Source: Massilia sp.
Lineage (GTDB): Bacteria; Pseudomonadota; Gammaproteobacteria; Burkholderiales; Burkholderiaceae_D
Direction: 5' to 3'
DNA length: 64,000 nt
NCBI RefSeq assembly: GCF_032106685.1
Contig: NZ_DAMCPG010000011.1
Span: 52,478 to 116,477, forward strand
Part shown: positions 38,608-52,993 of the stretch, piece after piece
Position numbering within the stretch: the first letter of the stretch is position 1
How the letters are laid out: each line of letters opens with the position of its first letter
Notes under the pieces: generated by a model
What the model was told of the DNA's origin: nothing
The model's input: the letters and a program-made list of their open reading frames with translations, nothing else
Database searches by the model: none
Position numbers and translations under genes: made by a program

Positions 38608-39659
38608 TCGCCTGGCAGCCGGCCGGAGAGCCCTCGATTCCGGCGCGCCAGCAGCCGGCGCTGGCGCTGGAATACGGCCGCGCGCGCGAGGCGAGCGACG
38701 CCGACCTGCTGCGCAATACCGGCCTGCTTGCGGGCCTGGATGCCGACAGGCTGGTCTCGCCGGCCCAGTACCTGCAGCAGTTGGCCAACACGCTGCGCGC
38801 GCTGGACAGCCCAGACACCAGCTTCATGCTGGGCCAGATGCTGCTGCCGGGCCACGACGGCGCGGCCAGCCATGCGCTGGTGCAGGCGCCGAGCCTGCGT
38901 GCGCTGCTCCAGACCCTGTGCCGCTTCCATGCGCACCTGACACCGTTGCTGCGCCCGCGTTTCGAGACCTGGGGCGATGTCGCGCTGCTGTATTGGGTCG
39001 ACGCCTACGGCGCGCCGAGTCTGCGTGCGGCCCTGGTCGAGATGTACATGACAGCCGTGGTTGCGCTCTGCCGCTGGCTGAGCGGGGAACGCCTGCCCTG
39101 GCGCTTCTGCTTCAACCGCGGCGCCCCGCGCCACCTCGAGCAGCATCAGGTCCATCTCGGCGCCGATTTGCGTTTCGGCTGCCAGCTCGACGCCATGCTG
39201 ATCCCCGCGTCCTGGCTCGACCGGCCATGGCCGCGCGCCAGCGAGCTGGCCGCGCGCCTTGCCCGGCAGGCCGCCGAACAGGAAGCGCGGCGCGTTCCCG
39301 GGCTGCTCGCCGCGCTCTACGATTACCTGCTGGCGCAGGTGCGCGAGGCGCCGACGCTGGAGCGCACCGCGGGCGACTTCGGCGTCAGTCCCGCGACCTT
39401 CAAGCGTCAACTGCTGCGCCACCATACTCATTTCCAGGCCGAGCTCGACCAGGTACGCACCCATGTGGCGCTATGGCTGTTCCAGGTCGAGCGCGCCGAC
39501 AACGAGGCAGTGGCGCGCTACCTGGGCTTTCACGATGCCGCCAACTTCCGGCGCTCGTTCAAGCGCTGGACCGGGCTGACGCCCGCGCCGATCCGCGCCG
39601 CGCTGGATGGGGAACTGAGCTGGTTCGCCGGACTGCCGGGCATGCCGGCGAGCGCGTGA
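38604..39659 (+). CDS. AraC-family transcriptional regulator with an N-terminal arabinose-binding-like ligand domain
   Basis: 351 aa from the ATG at 38604 (ATGA overlap with the upstream stop). The C-terminal HTH reads LERTAGDFGVSPATFKRQLLRHHTHFQ...LGFHDAANFRRSFKRWTGLTP. Confidence 0.8.
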   Translation: MIAWQPAGEPSIPARQQPALALEYGRAREASDADLLRNTGLLAGLDADRLVSPAQYLQQLANTLRALDSPDTSFMLGQMLLPGHDGAASHALVQAPSLRALLQTLCRFHAHLTPLLRPRFETWGDVALLYWVDAYGAPSLRAALVEMYMTAVVALCRWLSGERLPWRFCFNRGAPRHLEQHQVHLGADLRFGCQLDAMLIPASWLDRPWPRASELAARLARQAAEQEARRVPGLLAALYDYLLAQVREAPTLERTAGDFGVSPATFKRQLLRHHTHFQAELDQVRTHVALWLFQVERADNEAVARYLGFHDAANFRRSFKRWTGLTPAPIRAALDGELSWFAGLPGMPASA

Positions 39660-39701
39660 GCGCATGCACAGCGGCGCTACGGTCCGGCCGGCGCCGGGCA
39701 T

Positions 39702-40427
39702 TCAATGGATGATCCTGGCCAGGAACTCGCGGGCGCGGTCGGATTGCGGGGCGGTGAAGAAGGCGTCCTTCGGAGTGTCCTCGACGATGCGGCCGTGGTC
39801 CATGAAGACGATGCGGTCGGCGACCTTGCGCGCGAAGCCCATCTCGTGGGTCACCACCATCATGGTCATGCCGTCCTGCGCCAGGCCCACCATCACGTCC
39901 AGCACTTCGCCGATCATCTCGGGGTCGAGGGCGGAGGTCGGTTCGTCGAACAGCATCGCCACCGGGTCCATCGCCAGCGCGCGCGCGATCGCGACGCGCT
40001 GCTGCTGGCCGCCGGAGAGCTGGTTCGGGTACTTGTCCTGGTGCGCCAGCAGGCCGACGCGGTCGAGGTAGGCCAGGCCGCGTTCGATCGCTTCCGCCTT
40101 GCCGCGGCCGAGCACCTTGACCTGGGCCAGCGTCAGGTTGTCGCGCACCGACAGGTGGGGGAAGAGCTCGAAGTTCTGGAACACCATGCCGATCTTCGCG
40201 CGCAGTTTCGGCAGGTCGGTCTTGCGGTCGGTAACCAGCACGCCGTCGACGCGGATGCTGCCCTGCTGGACGGGCTCGAGGCCGTTGACGGTCTTGATCA
40301 GGGTCGACTTGCCGGAGCCGGAAGGGCCGCACACGACCACCACGTCGCCCCGCGCCACCTGCGTGCTGCATTCGGCGAGCACCTGGAAGTCGCCGTACCA
40401 CTTGCTGACCTTGTCTATTTCAATCAT
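39702..40427 (-). CDS. polar amino-acid ABC transporter ATP-binding protein (GlnQ/GltL-like)
   Basis: 241 aa from the ATG at 40427. Motifs present: GPSGSGKST, LSGGQQQRVAIARAL, LFDEPTSALD. Confidence 0.85.
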   Translation of the reverse strand: MIEIDKVSKWYGDFQVLAECSTQVARGDVVVVCGPSGSGKSTLIKTVNGLEPVQQGSIRVDGVLVTDRKTDLPKLRAKIGMVFQNFELFPHLSVRDNLTLAQVKVLGRGKAEAIERGLAYLDRVGLLAHQDKYPNQLSGGQQQRVAIARALAMDPVAMLFDEPTSALDPEMIGEVLDVMVGLAQDGMTMMVVTHEMGFARKVADRIVFMDHGRIVEDTPKDAFFTAPQSDRAREFLARIIH

Positions 40428-40459
40428 GTTTACCAATCGTTTCAAGCCCTTGGGCGTGC

Positions 40460-40488
40460 TTGACAGCACTAACAGTGCCTAGGATACT
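40460..40488 (+). promoter_or_regulatory. candidate sigma-70 promoter, TTGACA-N17-GATACT, for the symporter gene
   Basis: TTGACA at 40460-40465 and GATACT at 40483-40488, about 135 nt upstream of the ATG at 40623. Confidence 0.4.
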
Positions 40489-40622
40489 GCGGAACTTGCC
40501 AGGATAATCAGAACGAATTCCGTTCGCACGCAGAAGCACCCCCATTTTGCCCCAGCCCGCCGGCGCCAGGACCACGAATTCCGGCGTGCGCGGACAGAAC
40601 GCAGGTCGACCACAGGAAGCAC

Positions 40623-41891
40623 ATGAACAATCGAAACCGCCTCACCACCTACATCCTGATCGGCCTCGTGCTCGGCGTCGTCGTCGGCTACGTCGCCAAC
40701 ACCACCATGGACGACGCGAAAGGCTTCGCCGACACGCTGGCGCTGGTGACGACCATGTTCCTCCGCCTGATCAAGATGATCATCGCGCCGCTGGTGTTCT
40801 CGACCCTGGTGGTCGGCATCGCCAAGATGGGCGACGCCAAGGAAGTCGGCCGCATCGGCATCAAGGCGCTGGGCTGGTTCGTGATCGCTTCGGTCATCTC
40901 GCTGTCGCTGGGCCTGGTCCTGGTGAACCTGTTCCGTCCGGGCGACGCGATGCACCTGGCCGGCATGGCGCCGCCGGTGGACGCCAAGACCGATATCGTC
41001 ACCACCGGCCTGACGCTCAAGGAATTCATCACCCACCTGATCCCGGCCTCGATCGTCGACGGCATGGCCAAGAACGAGATCCTGCAGATCGTCGTGTTCT
41101 CGGTCTTCTTCGGCACCGCCGCCGCCGCCGTCGGCGCCCGCGCCACGCCGCTGATCGATGCCGTCGACGGCATCGCCCACATCATGCTGAAGGTCACCGG
41201 CTACGTCATGAACTTCGCGCCGATCGCCGTGTTCGCGGCGGTGGCCGGCATCGTCGCCAAGAGCGGCCTGAGCGTGCTGTCCACCTACGGCATCTTCATG
41301 GCCGAGTTCTACCTCGGGATCATCCTGCTGTGGGTGGTGCTGATCCTGATCGGCATGGCCTTCCTCGGCCCGCGCGTGCTGCGCCTGGTCTCGGAACTGA
41401 AGGAACCGACCATCCTCGCCTTCTCGACCGCCTCCTCGGAAGCGGCCTTCCCGAAGACCCTGGAAGGCCTGGAGCGCTTCGGCGTCAAGAACCGCCTGGC
41501 CGCTTTTGTCCTGCCGATCGGTTACTCGTTCAACCTGGACGGCTCGATGATGTACTGCACCTTCGCCGCCGTGTTCATCGCCCAGGCCTACGGCATCGAG
41601 CTGCCGCTGTCGACCCAGATCATGATGATGCTGGTGCTGATGCTGACCTCGAAGGGCATGGCCGGCGTGCCGCGCGCCTCGCTGGTCGTGATCGCCGCCA
41701 CGCTGGCCCAGTTCAACATCCCGGAAGCGGGCCTGCTGCTCCTGCTGGGCATCGACCACTTCCTGGACATGGCCCGTTCGGCCACCAACGTGATCGGCAA
41801 CGGCATCGCCACCGCCGTGGTGGCGAAGTGGGAGGGCGACCTGGAGAAGCCCGTGCCGCACAAGGACGTCGCCACATCGCCGCTGCGCTAG
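40623..41891 (+). CDS. dicarboxylate/amino acid:cation symporter (DAACS family, GltP/DctA-like)
   Basis: 422 aa. Typical DAACS sequence ([51 protein letters not shown]). Confidence 0.85.
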   Translation: MNNRNRLTTYILIGLVLGVVVGYVANTTMDDAKGFADTLALVTTMFLRLIKMIIAPLVFSTLVVGIAKMGDAKEVGRIGIKALGWFVIASVISLSLGLVLVNLFRPGDAMHLAGMAPPVDAKTDIVTTGLTLKEFITHLIPASIVDGMAKNEILQIVVFSVFFGTAAAAVGARATPLIDAVDGIAHIMLKVTGYVMNFAPIAVFAAVAGIVAKSGLSVLSTYGIFMAEFYLGIILLWVVLILIGMAFLGPRVLRLVSELKEPTILAFSTASSEAAFPKTLEGLERFGVKNRLAAFVLPIGYSFNLDGSMMYCTFAAVFIAQAYGIELPLSTQIMMMLVLMLTSKGMAGVPRASLVVIAATLAQFNIPEAGLLLLLGIDHFLDMARSATNVIGNGIATAVVAKWEGDLEKPVPHKDVATSPLR

Positions 41892-41911
41892 CCGCGCACA
41901 CGGTACTACCG

Positions 41912-41942
41912 AGGCCTTCCAGCGATGGGAGGCCTTTTTTTC
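41912..41942 (+). terminator. intrinsic terminator after the symporter gene
   Basis: AGGCCTTCC-AGCGAT-GGGAGGCCT (a 9-bp stem with one G.U pair) followed by T7. Confidence 0.65.
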
Positions 41943-41961
41943 ATCACATCACAAGAAGAGC

Positions 41962-43260
41962 ATGGAGGAGAACAAGATGAAACAGCTGGTCGCGGCAGGT
42001 TTGCTGCTTTCCCTGAACGGCGCGCACGCCGCCACCCAGACGGTCGATTGCGGCCGCCTGCTCGACGTCAAGAGCGGCACCTGGCGCGAGCGCGTCAGCA
42101 TCGTGATCGAGGACGGCACCATCAAATCGGTGGGGCCGATGACCCCGGGGCCGGACCACATCGACCTGTCGACCAGATCCTGCCTGCCGGGCCTGATCGA
42201 CATGCACGTCCACCTCACCAGCGAAACCCAGCCGGTGGTCGATTCCTACCGCGACCGCCTGACCGCCGACCCGGCCGACCTGGCCTTCCGCTCGGTGAAG
42301 TATGCCGAGCGCACCCTGATGGCCGGCTTCACCACCGTGCGCGACCTCGGCGCGCAGGACGGCCTGAACGTGTCGCTGAAACGCGCGATCGCGGCCGGCG
42401 CGATTCCCGGCCCGCGCATGTTCACCGCCGGTAAATCGATCGCCACCACCGGCGGCCACGCCGATCCGACCAACAACCTGTCGCACTTCCTGAGCGAGAA
42501 GGTCGGTACCCCGGGCCCGCAGGAAGGCGTGATCGACAGCCCCGAAGAAGGTCGCCAGGCCGTGCGCCAGCGCTACAAGGAAGGCGCGGACCTGATCAAG
42601 ATCACCGCCACCGGTGGCGTGCTGAGCCAGGCCGCGAACGGCCAGAACTCGCAGTACACCGAGGACGAACTGAAGGCCATCGTCAGCACCGCGAAGGACT
42701 ACGGTTTCCGCGTCGCGGCGCACGCGCACGGGGCCGAAGGCATGAAGCGCGCCCTGCGCGCCGGCGTCGATTCGATCGAGCACGGCACCCTGATGGACGA
42801 CGAGACCGTCAGCCTGTTCAAGAAGACCGGCCACTGGTACGTGCCGACCATCTCGGCCGGCCGCTACGTCGCCGACAAGGCCAAGGACCCGAATTATTAC
42901 TCGGCCCTGGTGCGCCCGAAGGCGGCCGCCATCGGCCCGCAACTGCAGGCCACCTTCGCCCGCGCCCACAAGGCCGGCGTGAAGATCGCCTTCGGCACCG
43001 ACGCCGGCGTGTTCCCGCACGGCGAGAACGCCAAGGAATTCGGCTACATGGTCGAAGCCGGCATGACGCCGATCGAGGCCATCCGCGCCGCCACCATCCA
43101 CGCCGCCACCCTGCTCGATCAGCCGCAACGCCTGGGCCTGGTCGAGCCGGGCTTCGCGGCCGACATCGTGGCGGTGGACGGCGATCCGCTGCGCGACGTG
43201 AAACTGCTCGAGCAGGTCAAGTTTGTGATGAAAGAAGGCGTCGTCTACAAGAAGCTGTAA
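41962..43260 (+). CDS. periplasmic metal-dependent amidohydrolase-family protein
   Basis: 432 aa with a signal peptide ([18 protein letters not shown]; alternative start at 41977). It has the GLIDMHVHL metal motif and ...AAHAHG...SIEHG... Confidence 0.75.
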   Translation: MEENKMKQLVAAGLLLSLNGAHAATQTVDCGRLLDVKSGTWRERVSIVIEDGTIKSVGPMTPGPDHIDLSTRSCLPGLIDMHVHLTSETQPVVDSYRDRLTADPADLAFRSVKYAERTLMAGFTTVRDLGAQDGLNVSLKRAIAAGAIPGPRMFTAGKSIATTGGHADPTNNLSHFLSEKVGTPGPQEGVIDSPEEGRQAVRQRYKEGADLIKITATGGVLSQAANGQNSQYTEDELKAIVSTAKDYGFRVAAHAHGAEGMKRALRAGVDSIEHGTLMDDETVSLFKKTGHWYVPTISAGRYVADKAKDPNYYSALVRPKAAAIGPQLQATFARAHKAGVKIAFGTDAGVFPHGENAKEFGYMVEAGMTPIEAIRAATIHAATLLDQPQRLGLVEPGFAADIVAVDGDPLRDVKLLEQVKFVMKEGVVYKKL

Positions 43261-43296
43261 GCCAGCTTCGGCACGCCACGTTTAAGGAGAAGTAGC

Positions 43297-44382
43297 ATGC
43301 TGTTCCAGAAAACCGCCCGCTCGGCCGCCGCGCTGTTCGGGTTCCTGTTCTGCGTGGCCCTGGCGGCGCAGGCGCAGGCCCAGACCACGTCCAAACCCAA
43401 CGTGACCATCCTCGCCACCGGCGGCACCATTGCCGGCACCGGCGCGACCAGCACCACCACCGTCGGCTACACCGCCGCCACGGTCGGCGTGCAGGCGCTG
43501 ATCGCGGCGGTACCGGAAATCACCAAGGTCGCCAACGTCACCGGCGAGCAGGTGTTCCAGATCGCCAGCGAGAACATGGGCAACGAACACTGGCTGACGC
43601 TGGCCAAGCGCGTCAACACCCTGCTGGCGCAACAGAACGTGGACGGGATCGTCATCACCCACGGCACCGACACGCTGGAAGAAACGGCCTACTTCCTGAA
43701 CCTGGTCGTCAAGAGCAGGAAGCCGGTGGTGGTGGTGGGGTCGATGCGCCCGTCCACCGCCCTCTCGGCCGACGGCCCGATCAACCTGTACAACGCGGTC
43801 GTGCTGGCCGGCTCGCAGGAGGCGGTCGGGCGCGGCGTGCTGGTCGCGATGAACGACCAGATCCAGGCCGCGCGCGACGTCACCAAGACGAATACGACGA
43901 CCGCCGACACCTTCAAGGCGAGCGACCTGGGCATGCTGGGCTACATCCAGGGCGGCAAGCCGTATTTCTACCGCCAGCCGACGCGCAAGCACACGGTCGA
44001 GACCGAGTTCGACGTGACGAACTTGTCGACCCTGCCGCAGGTGGAAGTCGCCTATGCGCATGCGAACGTGGGACCGGTGGCGGTCGAGGCGCTGGTGGCC
44101 TCGGGCGCGAAGGGCCTGGTGCATGCAGGTGTCGGCAATGGCTCGCTGCCGGCGAAGGTGCGTCCGGCGTTATCAAGCGCGCGCAAGAAGGGCGTGGTCA
44201 TCGTGCGTTCGAGCCGCGTCGGCCAGGGGATCGTGGCGAGGAATGGCGAGGCGAACGACGACGAGCTCGATTTCGTGGCGGGGGATAATCTGTCGCCGCA
44301 GAAGGCGCGCATTTTGCTGATGCTGGCGTTGACCAGGACGAACGATACGCGCGAGATTCAGCGGATGTTCGGGACGTATTGA
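43297..44382 (+). CDS. ansB: periplasmic type II L-asparaginase / glutaminase-asparaginase
   Basis: 361 aa with a signal peptide. It has the catalytic TILATGGTIAG and HGTDTLEETAYFL motifs. Confidence 0.85.
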   Translation: MLFQKTARSAAALFGFLFCVALAAQAQAQTTSKPNVTILATGGTIAGTGATSTTTVGYTAATVGVQALIAAVPEITKVANVTGEQVFQIASENMGNEHWLTLAKRVNTLLAQQNVDGIVITHGTDTLEETAYFLNLVVKSRKPVVVVGSMRPSTALSADGPINLYNAVVLAGSQEAVGRGVLVAMNDQIQAARDVTKTNTTTADTFKASDLGMLGYIQGGKPYFYRQPTRKHTVETEFDVTNLSTLPQVEVAYAHANVGPVAVEALVASGAKGLVHAGVGNGSLPAKVRPALSSARKKGVVIVRSSRVGQGIVARNGEANDDELDFVAGDNLSPQKARILLMLALTRTNDTREIQRMFGTY

Positions 44383-44425
44383 TCGATGTGTGGCGGATCG
44401 GCGTACAGCCGGTTCGCATCGGGTC

Positions 44426-44606
44426 GTGGCGCTGTTGCGTGTGCTGTTCGTGGATGGTTGAATCCGCGTGGGCTCGGGAGCCCACCCTACGGTCACCGCC
44501 AACCGCGAGTTCATACGAAACCCGGATACGTAGCGTGTCCCGTAGGGTAGGCACCTGTGCCCACGCGGATCAAGAACACCGATAACGGTCCACGCAACAG
44601 CGCCAC
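44426..44606. mobile_element. 181-bp composite palindromic element, copy B
   Basis: The arm GTGGCGCTGTTGCGTG (44426-44441) is the exact reverse complement of 44591-44606. The arms extend to 23 bp (44419-44441 / 44591-44613). The internal REPs and spacer align with copy A. Confidence 0.75.
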
Positions 44607-44616
44607 GACCCGAAAC

Positions 44617-46464
44617 TTACTCCCCCTGCAACTCCAACGGCGGCGACGCCAACTCCTCGTCCGGGCGCGCCAGCTGGCGCTCCCACATCTGCGCATATAA
44701 ACCGCGCGCCGCCAGCAAACTCTGATGCGTGCCGCGCTCGACGATCTTGCCATGGTCGAGCACGATGATCTGCTGCGCATCCGCGATCGTCGACAGCCTG
44801 TGCGCGATCACCAGCGTCGTGCGGCTCTTCGCAATCTCCTTCAGCTGCGCCTGGATCGCCTGCTCCGACTTCGAATCGAGCGCGGAGGTCGCCTCATCAA
44901 AAATCAGGATCGCCGGATTCTTCAGCAGGGTGCGTGCGATCGCCACGCGCTGCTTCTCCCCGCCCGACAACTTCAAGCCGCGCTCGCCGACCATGGTCGC
45001 GTAGCCATCCGGCAGGCTCTCGATGAACTCGTGGATGGACGCCGCGCGCGCCGCCGCCACGATGTCGTCGCGGCTCGCACCCGGCCGCCCGTAGGCGATG
45101 TTGTACTCGATGGTGTCGTTGAACAGCACCGTATCCTGGGGCACGATGCCGATGTGGGAACGCAGCGATTCCTGGGTCACGTTGCGGATGTCCTGGCCGT
45201 CGATGCTGATCGATCCCCCGTTCACGTCGTAGAAGCGGAACAGCAGGCGCGACAGGGTCGACTTGCCCGAGCCGCTGTGGCCGACCACCGCCGTGGTGGT
45301 CCCGGCGGGGATCGCGAAGTCGACGTCGAACAGGATCTGGCGCTTGGTCTCGTAGCTGAACTCGACGTGCGAGAACTCGACGCGCGCGCCTTTCGTGACC
45401 AATGGCTGCGCACTTGGCGCGTCGGCCACCTCGCGGTTCTGGTCCAGCAGGCCGAACAGGCGCTCCATGTCGGCCAGCGCCTGCTTGATCTCGCGGTAGA
45501 TCACGCCCAGGAAGTTCAGCGGAATGTACAGCTGGATCATGAACGAGTTCACCAGCACCAGGTCGCCCAGGCTCATGGTGCCGGCGATGACGCCCTCGGT
45601 CGCGCGCCACAGGATCAGCGTGACGGCGGTGGCGATGATCAAGGACTGCCCGGTGTTCAAGACCGACAACGAGGTCTGCGAGCGCACCGCCGCGTTCTCG
45701 TAGTGCTGCAGGCCCTGGTCGTAGCGCTTCGCTTCATAGTCCTCGTTGCCGAAGTACTTCACCGTTTCGTAGTTCAGCAGCGAGTCGATGGCCTTGGTGT
45801 TGGCCTTCGAGTCGAGCTCGTTCATCGTGCGCCGGAAGTGGGTCCGCCATTCGGTGACGACGACGGTGAAGGTGATGTAGGTGACCAGCGCGCCGGCGGT
45901 GATGATGGAGAACCAGATGTCGTAGTTGAACACCAGGTAGCCGAGCACCAGCGTGATCTCGACCAGGGTCGGCAAGACGTTAAACAAGGAGTACGAGATC
46001 AGCGAATTCACGCCGCGCGTGCCGCGTTCGATATCGCGCGTCATGCCGCCGGTCTGGCGGTTCAGGTGGAAACGCAGCGACAGCGCATGCAGGTGACGGA
46101 ACACCTTCAGGGCGATGGTGCGCACCGCGCGCTGGGTGACGCGGGCAAATAAAAATTCGCGCAGCTCGGTGAAGACCGTGGTCGACAGGCGCAGCAGGCC
46201 ATAGGCGATCAGCGCGCCGACCGGCAGCACCAGCAGGGCTTGCGGGTGCGCGGGGTCGATGGCGAGCTGGTCGATCAACTGCTTGAGCACGAGCGGCACG
46301 CCGACGTTGGCCATCTTGGCGCCGATCAGCGCGCCGAGCGCGGCGATCACGCGCCATTTATAGACCCAGAGGTAGGGAAACAGGGTGCGCAGCGTGGCCC
46401 AGTCGGTGCGCTGCCGGTCCTTGTTATCGGGCGGCGGAAGGGAACTGGCGGAGGAGCGTCGCAT
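44617..46464 (-). CDS. ABC exporter, fused permease/ATPase (Atm1/HmtA-like)
   Basis: An N-terminal 6-TM domain followed by an NBD (GHSGSGKSTL, LSGGEKQRVAIARTL, ILIFDEATSALD). The start could be 46464 (MRRSSAS) or 46515. Confidence 0.8.
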   Translation of the reverse strand: MRRSSASSLPPPDNKDRQRTDWATLRTLFPYLWVYKWRVIAALGALIGAKMANVGVPLVLKQLIDQLAIDPAHPQALLVLPVGALIAYGLLRLSTTVFTELREFLFARVTQRAVRTIALKVFRHLHALSLRFHLNRQTGGMTRDIERGTRGVNSLISYSLFNVLPTLVEITLVLGYLVFNYDIWFSIITAGALVTYITFTVVVTEWRTHFRRTMNELDSKANTKAIDSLLNYETVKYFGNEDYEAKRYDQGLQHYENAAVRSQTSLSVLNTGQSLIIATAVTLILWRATEGVIAGTMSLGDLVLVNSFMIQLYIPLNFLGVIYREIKQALADMERLFGLLDQNREVADAPSAQPLVTKGARVEFSHVEFSYETKRQILFDVDFAIPAGTTTAVVGHSGSGKSTLSRLLFRFYDVNGGSISIDGQDIRNVTQESLRSHIGIVPQDTVLFNDTIEYNIAYGRPGASRDDIVAAARAASIHEFIESLPDGYATMVGERGLKLSGGEKQRVAIARTLLKNPAILIFDEATSALDSKSEQAIQAQLKEIAKSRTTLVIAHRLSTIADAQQIIVLDHGKIVERGTHQSLLAARGLYAQMWERQLARPDEELASPPLELQGE

Positions 46465-46526
46465 GGCAGGGGTCCGGGATTTATGGTTCAATTCGGGACG
46501 ATTGTAGCTTTTCACGGAAAAACAAG

Positions 46527-46967
46527 ATGACCACGCCAGAAAACAATGCCGCCCCGACCAACCGCCTGCCTGAAGGGAAGATCCCGCAGCTGCGCGTGAT
46601 GCCGGGGCCGCCGGACGCCAACGTCTACGGAGACGTGTTCGGCGGCTGGATCATGGCCCAGGTCGACATCGCCGGCTCGCTGCCTGCCACCCGCCGCGCG
46701 AATGGCCGCGTGGCCACCATCGCCGTCAACTCCTTTCTGTTCAAGAACCCGGTGTTCGTGGGCGACCTGTTGTCGTTCTACGCCGATATCGTCAAGGTTG
46801 GCAACACCTCGATCACGGTCTACGTCGAGGTCTATGCCGAGCGCAACCGCCTGCAGTCGAACATCGTCAAGGTGACCGAAGCGACGCTGACCTACGTCGC
46901 CACCGGCCCGGACCGCAAGCCGCGCCAGCTGCCGCCGCTGGAGTCCTTGATCTCGCACCAGCAATAA
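46527..46967 (+). CDS. acyl-CoA thioesterase, hotdog fold (YciA-like)
   Basis: 146 aa. It reads ...ANVYGDVFGGWIMAQVDIAG...VATIAVNSFLFKNPVFVGDLL... Confidence 0.75.
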   Translation: MTTPENNAAPTNRLPEGKIPQLRVMPGPPDANVYGDVFGGWIMAQVDIAGSLPATRRANGRVATIAVNSFLFKNPVFVGDLLSFYADIVKVGNTSITVYVEVYAERNRLQSNIVKVTEATLTYVATGPDRKPRQLPPLESLISHQQ

Positions 46968-46970
46968 ACG

Positions 46971-48551
46971 ATGCATGAGGCGCGTCGGACTTTCCTGCTC
47001 GACGCGGCGCGCCTCACAGCCGCGGCTGGCACCGGTCTCGGCGTTATCGCCGGCGCCGGCGCGGCCGGTCCCTCCTACCCGTTCTCCCTCGGGGTCGCTT
47101 CCGGTTCGCCGCTGCCCAACGCGGTGATCCTGTGGACGCGCATCCTGCCCGATCCGCTGAACGCGGCATCGATGCCGCCGCTCGCCCTCACCGTGCGCTG
47201 GGAAGTGGCCGAGGACGAGGCCTTCCGCAAGATCGCCGCGAAGGGCAGCGCCACCGCCTCCCCGCACCTGGCGCACAGCGTGCACGTCGATGCGACAGGA
47301 CTACAACCCGACCGCTGGTACTGGTACCGCTTCATGCTGGGCGATGCCGTCAGCCCGGTCGGCCGCACGCGCACCGCGCCGGCAATCGACGTCATGCCGG
47401 CCCGGCTGAAGCTGGCGGTGGCGTCGTGCCAGCACTGGGAGTTCGGCCACTATGCGGCGCACCGCCACATCGCCGCCGCCGCGCCCGACCTGGTCGCCTT
47501 CCTCGGCGACTACATCTACGAGTGGGGTCCCTACCAGCTGCGCCATCCGCCGCGCGCGGTGCGCTCGCACGAATCTTTCACGCTGGCCGACTACCGCGCC
47601 CGCTACGCGCAGTATAAAAGCGACCCGGATCTGCAGGCCGCCCACCGCGCCGCGCCCTGGATCGTGACCTGGGACGACCACGAGGTCGCCAACGATTACG
47701 CGGGCGACGTCGACGAGCGCCTGGCGCCGGACTTCGCAAGGCGCCGCGCCGGCGCCTACCAGGCCTTCTATGAGCACATGCCGCTGCGTCTGCCTGCACC
47801 GCGCAGCTTCGGCGCGCTGCGCATGTTCCAGCGGTATGACTGGGGACGGCTGGCGCGTTTCCACTTGCTCGACGACCGCCAGTACCGCTCGCCGCTGGCC
47901 TGCTCGAAGCCCGGGCGCGGCGGCTCGAACGTGGTGCTGGCGCGCGCCTGCGCCGAGCTGCGCGATCCGCGGCGGACGATGCTGGGTCTTGAACAGGAAG
48001 CCTGGCTGGCCCGGGGTTTGTCGTCCTCGCGGGCGCGCTGGAACATCCTGGCCCAGCAGACCCTGGTGGCGCAGTCGAGCGGCGTGCCGCTGCGCTCGCC
48101 CGACGATGGCCGCTTCTGGACCGATGGCTGGGACGGCTACCCGGCCGCGCGCCGGCGCCTGCTCGACACGCTGGCGACAAGCCGCGCCCGCAATCCGCTG
48201 GTGCTGTCGGGCGACGTCCATACCTTCTACGCGGCCGAGCTGCGGCGCGATTTCGCGCGGCCGGTCTCGAAAGCGAACCCGGTCGTTGCGGCCGAGTTCT
48301 GCGGCAGCTCGATCACCTCGAGCTCGCGCCCGCAGGCGCGCACCCAGGAAAACGTCGAGCGCAATCCGCATATCCTGTACGGGCGCAGCGACCGGCGCGG
48401 CTACATGCTGCTCGACGTCACGCCGGCCAGGACCGAGGCGTGCTTCCTGGCGCTCGACGACGTGCGCGCCGCCGGCACGCGCCAGGCCCGGCTGGCCACC
48501 TTCGCGGTGGCGGACCGCACGGCCGGCATACGCGGCATCGACGCATTGTAA
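46971..48551 (+). CDS. phoD: alkaline phosphatase D family (PhoD), Tat-exported
   Basis: 526 aa. It has a twin-arginine leader (MHEARRTFLLDAARLTAAAG), then FSLGVASGSP...ILWTR and a metallophosphatase core (VTWDDHEVANDY). Confidence 0.85.
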   Translation: MHEARRTFLLDAARLTAAAGTGLGVIAGAGAAGPSYPFSLGVASGSPLPNAVILWTRILPDPLNAASMPPLALTVRWEVAEDEAFRKIAAKGSATASPHLAHSVHVDATGLQPDRWYWYRFMLGDAVSPVGRTRTAPAIDVMPARLKLAVASCQHWEFGHYAAHRHIAAAAPDLVAFLGDYIYEWGPYQLRHPPRAVRSHESFTLADYRARYAQYKSDPDLQAAHRAAPWIVTWDDHEVANDYAGDVDERLAPDFARRRAGAYQAFYEHMPLRLPAPRSFGALRMFQRYDWGRLARFHLLDDRQYRSPLACSKPGRGGSNVVLARACAELRDPRRTMLGLEQEAWLARGLSSSRARWNILAQQTLVAQSSGVPLRSPDDGRFWTDGWDGYPAARRRLLDTLATSRARNPLVLSGDVHTFYAAELRRDFARPVSKANPVVAAEFCGSSITSSSRPQARTQENVERNPHILYGRSDRRGYMLLDVTPARTEACFLALDDVRAAGTRQARLATFAVADRTAGIRGIDAL

Positions 48552-48663
48552 ATACGCGCCAGGTAAGTGCATAATATGTAACTTTCAGGTCGAAAATAAC
48601 CCATTTCGCTTAGAATGTGATGCCAACCGCCGCGTTCCCTCATCCATTCCAGACCCGACCTTC

Positions 48664-52896
<4,233 letters not shown>

Positions 52897-52934
52897 GCCG
52901 CCGGCCGCGCCCTCGGCGAACGCTGCCGCAGGCG

Positions 52935-52974
52935 AAAAAAAACCGGCGCGCCGCCCAAGGCGGACTTGCCGGCT
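52935..52974 (-). terminator. intrinsic terminator after the first fadD paralog
   Basis: The minus strand reads GCCGGCAAGTCCGCCTTGGGCGGCGCGCCGG followed by T8. The plus strand shows A8 at 52935-52942. Confidence 0.55.
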
Positions 52975-52993
52975 TCCCTCTTGAGGCTAGGGC

